From the human T2T-CHM13v2.0 reference genome, Homo sapiens: a stretch of 64,000 nt of DNA. Of the stretch, positions 57,189 to 64,000 are shown in pieces. The stretch lies in contig CP086569.2 in assembly GCA_009914755.4 (NCBI GenBank), positions 11,328,001 to 11,392,000 of the forward strand. Direction: 5' to 3'. The position numbers and the translations under genes are program-made. The notes below the pieces were generated by a model. That model was not told the origin of the DNA. It worked only from the letters and a program-made list of their open reading frames with translations, and did no database searches. Position 1 is the first letter of the stretch; each line of letters begins with the position of its first letter.

Positions 57189-59829
57189 ATGTATCTCTGG
57201 TGTCTCTTCCTTTTTGGATGATGACCCCAGTCCTAACAGATTAGGGCCTTACCCTTTTGCCCCTATTTAACCTTTACCTTCTTAAAAGCTCCTTCTCCAA
57301 ATACAGTCACACTGGGAGATAGGGCTTCAGGTTAGGAATTCTGGGGGGACATAATTCTCTCCAGAACAGACACTAATATCATGAGTGCTCAGATTGCTAG
57401 TGAATATGTTCTTGTTACAATTATTTTCACTTTGCAGTTTTAAATAATGAATACTTGGATAAAAAATACCCACTGTATTCTAATTTTTTCAACACTTCTT
57501 ACTTGCATGGATTCTAAACAGAAGTCCAATGTAATTCTTATGTCTGTTTCTCTGTAGACAATGTGTTTCTTCCTCTGCCTTATTTTAATATTTTATCTTT
57601 GTTACAGGTTTTCTACAGTTTGAATATGATATTCCTAGGTATATTTTTAAAATATTCATCCTGCTTGGTGTTCTCTGAGCTTTTTGGATTTGTAATTTGG
57701 TGTCTGTCATTAATTTGTGTTTTTTTCCTAGTTAAAAAAATGAACTTTATAGATTTTACATTCTCAACTTTCACTTATTTTCAAAATGAGAGACAAGACA
57801 CCTAAACTCCAAGATTTCAGTCCTGAATGCAATAGTACCAGATTTTCAAGTTACATAAGTGAACTGCATAAACACCACTAGTTTCAAGTGTACCCTATAA
57901 GAAACACATGGACATACTTTCATTGTTTAACCACACGGTGTCATATCAATAAACATCAAAGTATCTGACATATATTTGTCCATTAAAAGTAAACACAACT
58001 CTGAGTATCAAATTAAATTAATCATTTGCCTTTTATAATCTAAATCAGAAATTGAAAAACAGGAACATTGTAGAGGTAAGTGGCTGAAAATGCTCTGCTT
58101 ACTGCACACAAGCACATCATGACAAAGAATGCTAGAAGTAGCTTTCCTCAGAAGTAATAATTGAACATTTAAAATATTATTTTCTCAGAAAAGTTAAAGC
58201 TTTTAGTGTAAAAAGCATGGTAAATGACATTTTAACTTAATAGTTAACTATATAGCAAAATATAGATTTCAAGCAATTAGTTACCCACATTTCACCAGAA
58301 CCTTCAGTGAAAGTGTCTACTCTCAACATTGACCAGAACCTTCCTGTTCTGAAGTGTCTACTCTTTAGAGTTGCTTCAGCTTTACATATCTGTAAAACCT
58401 AAGATTACTCAATGAGAAGTTACACCTTATTCTGTACTAGATACACATAATATATATAGATTTAGAACAAATGGATGCTTTTCAACCTCAAAAAAAGTAT
58501 TTTAATTTACACAATGTTAGATTGTTTTTCACCCATGTGTATACATAACAGTGTTTCCCAAATTCACAGGGTCCATTTCCATAATTCTAAAGCAAAAATA
58601 GAGGCACACAAATGGATAATAATTCATAGTTTTATGCCTTTTTTTAACCTATCTTTAAAGAAATTCAGTTGCCATTTAGACAAAGATGTGATGAACCTGT
58701 AACAAATTTCTATGACTTGGAAAATTAAAGGTCTAAAAATCCTAAATGTAGTAGCTCTGGGCAGTTTGCAATTTGTGCATGGGTTCACTCACCCTATGGT
58801 CCGTGAACTCCCTTATCCTGCAAGCTGTAGGTACTTTCGGCAAATATGAGACTCAATAAGACTAAGGAAGGGCTTGTTTAAATTAGTTCCCCTCACAGTT
58901 GATTCTAATCTTGCAATGAACAGATTTAATGTACTAGTGAGTTAAATTTTAAAGTAATTATAAAGCCATTTACTCTATCATAAATGAATGAAATGTAAGA
59001 ATCACACTTAAAACAAGTCTTTCATTTTAATGAATGGTATCTTTCATTTATATACAAAGGAATTCACTTGCCAGCAGCATTTAAATATAGGAATAGTCTC
59101 ATCTTTTCTCTAGTGCCTTTTATAAAGCAGTGCCATTTCTAACTAGGTGTATTTGTTTCCCAGCTATTCAGTAACTACATTATAGGTATCTAATTGATTC
59201 AAGAAAAGATTGGAAAATTGAGAAGATTTAGCATTTTAAACATTTGAAAAATGTTGCTACAAAGCATAGATTATGAATGCATTAGTAAAATAAATTGACA
59301 CCTTATGTGAGAATCATTAAGTTGGTTTAATTATATCACAGATGTATGGGCTCACTAATATTTATACCAATTTATGCTAATTAAACCAGAAAGTTTCTGT
59401 ACATAATTCAGCTCTGAGCACCATTTAATAGGGTTATGCCAAATAGAACCAATGGTTATATAATACGCAGAATATAAACCTCAGCAAATTCAAACTTTTG
59501 GAATGGCAACACAAGTGAGAATGAGAGGCAATATTTCATTTCAAAGTACCATAGGCTGCTAAGAGTGTTCTTTTCTTTTAAAAATTTGTGTGGTTGTTAG
59601 TAATGTACCTTAACACTGGTCCTCCTTGACAGCGGTGTTAGAGATGGTTAGGTAGAACCTATATTACGGAAGTCAGCGTTGCCCATTTCTTTAGTTCAGT
59701 GATTAAAATTGAAATTACTTTTACAAAACAATTGAACTGCTGCTTACAATATAAATAGAATACCAACAGGATTCCTGTTGTATTCACATTATTCTCTAAT
59801 TAGTATTTTTACATTTCCACTCTGACCTG

Positions 59830-60580
59830 ACCTTCAGTAGTTCCTTTATTTTTATTTTCAAGCAATTTTGTGAGTATATAATAAGCATATATAGTTATGG
59901 GGTGCATGAGATGTTTTGATACAGCCATGCAGCATGAACTAATCACATCATGGAGAGTGGGTATCCATCCCTTTAAGCATGTTTCCTTTGTGTTACAATC
60001 CAATTAGATTCTTTTAGTTATTTTTAAATGTACAATTATTGACTAGAGTCCCCCTGTTGTGCTATCAAATAGTATGTCTTATTCATTCCTTCTGCCTATT
60101 TTTGTACCCATTACCCGTGCCCTGTCTCCCCCCCCCAGCCCCCTAGTACTTACTGTGTCCATGAGTTCAATTGTTTTGATTTTTAGATCCCACAAATAAG
60201 TGAGAACATGCAATGTCTGCCTTTCCGTGCTTGGCTTATTTCCCTTAACATAATGATACCCAGTTCCTTCCATGTTGTTGCAAATGACTGAATCCCATTC
60301 TTTTTTAGGGCTGAATAATACTCCACTGTGTGTATCTACCACATTTTCTTTAATACATTAATCTGTTGATGGACACTTAGGTTGCTTCCAAATCTTAGCT
60401 ATTGTCAACAGTGGTGCAACCAACATGGGAGTGCAGATAATTTCTTCGATATACTCATTTCTTATTTCTGGGGTATATATCCAACAGTGGGATTGCTGGA
60501 TCATTTGGCACCTCTATTTTCAGTGTTTAGAGGAACCTCCAAACTGTTCTCCACCATGGCTGTACCAGTAGTACCTTAAA
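59830..60580 (-). mobile_element. LINE-1 3' end (3'UTR plus ORF2 C-terminus), antisense
   Basis: ..cccacaaataagtgagaacatgcaatgtctg..ggctgaataatactccactgtgtgtatctaccacattttctttaatacattaatctgttgatggacacttaggttgcttcc..ctccaaactgttctccaccatggctgtacc. Confidence 0.85.
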
Positions 60581-60885
60581 ATGCAAATGCAATTGGTAAA
60601 AGAACAAGGCAGCATGTAGTGCTTGCACTTACAAATACTACCAGTTTTGTAACAATTTGCATTTTTTTGTCCTTGAAAGAGTAACCACTTACTTAATAAA
60701 ACGGATATTTAAAAGTGCAATATTCCTTCCTTTGCATGGCATGCAGGAATGGTGAAAGCAAAGAAACAGTCATCCCTTCTCTTCCCCCCACTTCTGGTCT
60801 CCCGAAATAGGAATGCCAGGTCAGACAGGTGGAGGAGGGAAATGGGGCACAGGTCAAGGTATGATGAATCTCTTAAAAAGAAATC

Positions 60886-61198
60886 CGGCCAGGTGCAGTG
60901 GCTCACGTCTGTAATCCCAGCACTTTGGGAGGCAGAGGCGGGCGGATCACGAGGTCAGGAATCGAGACCATCCTGGAGAACACGGTGAAACCCCGTCTTT
61001 ACTAAAAATACAAAAAAATTAGCCGTGTGTGGTGGCGGACGCCTGTAGTCCCAGCTACTGGGAGGCTGGGGCTCGAGAATGGCATAAACCCGAGGGGCGG
61101 AGCTTGCAGTGAGCGGAGATGGCGCCACTGCATTCCAGCCTGGGCGACAGAGCGAGACTCCTTCCCCCCACCGACAAAAAAAAAAAAAAAAAAAAAAA
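60886..61198 (+). mobile_element. AluY SINE
   Basis: ggccaggtgcagtggctcacgtctgtaatcccagcactttgggaggcagaggcgggcggatcacgaggtcaggaatcgagaccatcctgg..., 22-nt poly-A. Confidence 0.95.
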
Positions 61199-62149
61199 TA
61201 CCGCTTTCCCCAGAATGCTAGCCTGATAGGAACTCCACCCCATCCATTCCAACCTAGTAAGGATAGTTTAGTTAGTCTTTTCTGGTCTCACTTCCTTACA
61301 TCTAGTGTTCTTTTTTTGTTTCTGTTATTAAATTTCGAAGACAAACCTTAGCATTTTCTAAAAGAAATTATTTTTTACCTAAATACATTGGACTTTGGTC
61401 TTAATTTGAAGGAATAGGATAAGTGGACTTTAAGAGAGCGTTCCTACTCCTTCTCTTCCAGTGGCTGCTCTGGGTCCCTGAAAGAGGGTGTGATGTGAAC
61501 CATCTGGGTTGTGAAGTGGATTTTGTTGAGCCTGTTTTTTAAGTCCATTAGTCCTGCCCGAGGTTGTGCGCCCTGGAATCCTTGGCTTCACGTCTGGACC
61601 ACCTTCAGCCAAGTGGTGATGGTGGAGAGGGTCCCCCCATCTTCCAGGACGTGTGAGAGTTTGTAGGTGGTGAGATGGAGGGGGCAGCTTTTAAGTCTTC
61701 CAGTACCCACCCCCGCTGCTGGCGGTGCTCTCCCCATCGTCCTTGTCCAGGACTCCCATCAGGGTCTCAATCTCTTCTGTGATGCTCTGACTCACATGCT
61801 GGGAGGCCCTTTTCCCAATGTAGTCCCTGATGTCCACATCGGCGTCCCATGTCCCCACTAGCAGCTTCACCATCTCCAAGGTACATGGCTGCCAAGTGCA
61901 GGGTGGTGTAGCTCTGGCCTTGCTGTTCCCAGGCAGCAGAGGCTCATTGGGGAAGTTGACCAGCATGGCCAGAAGCTCCAGCCTGCAGTGCTAGGTGCCT
62001 GCGCAGGCAGGTGAGGCTGTGATGAAGCCCAGAGTGGCCAGCAGGCCGGCTGGCACGGGGGCAACCCCCTAAGCTGTCCATTCCCCATTGGAGGCCGAGA
62101 GCAGCCAGCCGTGCTCCCTGGTCCAGCTCACCCAGCCCCACAGCTCTCC

Positions 62150-62680
62150 TCCGCGGATGGGAAAGCCAGCGCTGCACCGCCAGAGTCACTCTTCTCTGCG
62201 GTGTCCTCGGAGGAGGAGCTCCCAGGCTGCTGCCTCCAGGACACAGGTTCTTCTTCAAGGGCAGGGCACTGCACCTTCCCAAGTCGCTCAAGTTCTGGCG
62301 GAATGGCCTCGGGGCGGTAGCCCCCCAGGAGCTGCCCCTGTCCGCCTCCTGGCAACCGTGGGGCGGGGGCTCCAGGTCATCGCTGGTCTGAGGCCCCGCA
62401 TCTGGGGTAGGGGCTGGTGGAGCCGGCGAGGTCTTCCTGCGTCCCCGCCGCTCAGGGCGGCCCGTGCAGGGGCTGGGCTCCCCCTTGCCCAGCTCGGCCC
62501 TGCCTGTGGAGCACATTGGGGACCGCTGTTTCAGGGAGGGGATGGTGAATGCTCCGCTCCGCTTTCACGTGGACACGGGACAGGTCCCAGGGGCGTGGCC
62601 TCAGGCGGAGGCCCCGCCAGAACCTCTTCCTGAGACGCAGGTACTGGGCGCCAACGGCGGGGTCCGTGCAGTGGCCACAG
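62150..62680. promoter_or_regulatory. CpG-rich, GC-rich block (CpG-island-like)
   Basis: Dense CpG (ccgcggatgg, cggggcggtagcc, gccggcgaggtcttcctgcgtccccgccgctcagggcggcccgtgc). The long ORFs through it are low-complexity. Confidence 0.4.
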
Positions 62681-63345
62681 AGTTCACCCGGGGATACATT
62701 TAAACAGTTTTATTCTCCTGTTTTTTATTTTTTCATTCCAGAAACCATTACTACTATGCAACAAAGTAAAAATATCTAGTTTAAATAATAATTTGATACG
62801 GTCAGGTGGGGATGAGTGCACACGTGTGTGTACACACACACGCAGGCTCTAAATGGGATATTTTGGCGGAGCAGAGGGATAAGGCTTTTATTTCGTTGGT
62901 GTGTTGAGTTAGAATCGCCCTTGTCACAATTAATTAATTTAAATCAGGAGTTTTATTAAAGCTAATTTGTACAACTAGGCAACATCTTTTCTCCATATAT
63001 TTATACACATATACACATCTCTAATGTTTGCATTTATTACTTCATCTAAAAGAGCTTGGAAAAAGGGTCCTAAGTCTTGGCTAGTTAAGGTAAAAATCTA
63101 TATTTTAAGGTAATAAAAACGTTTGCTACGGACAGAGACATGCAGACACTGTGGGTGAAGCTGATTCATGTTCCACTGAAGGAAATGACATGGGGTTTTC
63201 TAAGGGAAAGCCCAGCATGCTGCAAGGAGAGGGGAGGTCCCAGGAGGGAATTGGAGTCAGCATTAGGATCTAAGTGTCACAGGGTAGTGTGTTCCCAAAA
63301 AAGACTGACTGTTTCTGTGTCCATCCTGAACTGGTTACCATGATT

Positions 63346-63378
63346 GTGTGTGTGAGTGTGTGTGTGTGTGTGTGTGTG
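63346..63378. repeat. (TG)n microsatellite
   Basis: tgtgtgtgtgagtgtgtgtgtgtgtgtgtgtgtg. Confidence 0.95.
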
Positions 63379-63496
63379 AATTAAAAGAGGAGTTACATGC
63401 TGGGGCATTTCTGGTATCTCAACTGGCATCTCAGCTGCTGGTGATGATGGCTATACATTTTCCTCAGTATTCAATGTGCGTATTTTGAGTTAACAG

Positions 63497-63752
63497 TCCA
63501 CCCATTGGCTGAGGCAGGTGGATCACCTGAGGTGAAGAGTTCGAGACCAGCCTGGCCAATATGTGAAACTCTGTCTCTACTAAAAATACAAAAATTAGCC
63601 AGGCATGGTTGCAGCACCTGTAATCCCAGCTACTCGGGAGGCCAAGACAGGAGAATTGCTTGAATCCAGGAGACAGAATTTGCAGTGAGCTGAGATGGAC
63701 CACTGCACTCCAGCTTGGGCAGCAGAGTGAGACTTGGTCTAAAAAAAAAAAA
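63497..63752 (+). mobile_element. 5'-truncated Alu SINE
   Basis: ggctgaggcaggtggatcacctgaggtgaagagttcgagaccagcctggccaa..., poly-A. Confidence 0.85.
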
Positions 63753-63814
63753 AGTTATTGTGACATGCTGTACACATTCACAAATTCAGTGTCTCCCAGA
63801 AGTCTGAGATTCTT

Positions 63815-64000
63815 TTTTTCTTTCTTTCTTTCTTTTTTTTTTTTGAGAAGTAATTTCACTCTTGTTGCCCAGGCTGGAGTGCAATGGTGTGATCTCGGTT
63901 AACTACAAACCTTCCTGGGTTCAAGCGATTCTTCTGCCTCAGCCCAAGTAGCTCCTGTCTCCCAAGTAGCTGGGATTACAGGCATGTGCCACCATGCACA
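63815..64000 (-). mobile_element. Alu SINE (runs off the window end)
   Basis: (TTTC)n/poly-T then gagaagtaatttcactcttgttgcccaggctggagtgcaatggtg... Confidence 0.85.

Noticed and set aside
61690-61870. Assignment of the ankyrin-like exon to FEM1A / FEM1AP
   Set aside because: Only ~8 of 26 residues match the FEM1A repeat I compared it with, FEM1A is intronless (to my knowledge) whereas this candidate has a splice donor, and the similarity is at the level of the generic ankyrin consensus. It is kept only as a low-confidence finding without a gene name.

Overview
This window is human (primate) nuclear DNA, not prokaryotic. It carries more than 25 Alu SINEs, many L1 fragments in both orientations, a MaLR LTR and simple repeats. 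It looks like a pericentromeric or segmental-duplication-rich region. The six-frame ORF track is almost entirely artefactual here, because the ORFs run through Alus, satellites and GC-rich DNA. The main structures, in order along the window, are:

- 1-3850: L1 fragments flanking a GC/CpG-rich tandem repeat of about 330 bp.
- 3850-6300: two direct duplicate copies of a ~500-bp segment about 2 kb apart. Each carries an exon-like ORF (MA[Q/E]VAVSTLP followed by acidic EDEES 18-bp repeats) that ends at a GT splice donor.
- 21.6-25.4 kb and 28.4-30.4 kb: an unusual satellite of about 70-76 bp. Each unit contains a perfect ~38-bp palindrome centred on GTGTACAC, and the array switches orientation several times.
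- 25.44-28.36 kb: a mosaic ancient mitochondrial insertion (NUMT) sits inside that satellite. It joins three non-adjacent mtDNA segments: ND3/tRNA-Gly/COX3 reversed, tRNA-Ala/Asn/OriL/Cys/Tyr plus COX1 forward, and 12S rRNA forward. A young AluY with a perfect 14-bp target-site duplication lies next to its right junction.
- 37.56-37.85 kb: an ASNS (asparagine synthetase) derived exon fragment with an in-frame stop.
- 47.2-52.4 kb, minus strand: a six-exon tektin-4-like locus. It has the RPNMELCRD tektin signature and several apparent disabling lesions, so it is most consistent with a TEKT4 pseudogene copy.
- 61.4-62.7 kb: a CpG-rich island-like block.

No prokaryotic defence system, CRISPR array or operon is present.
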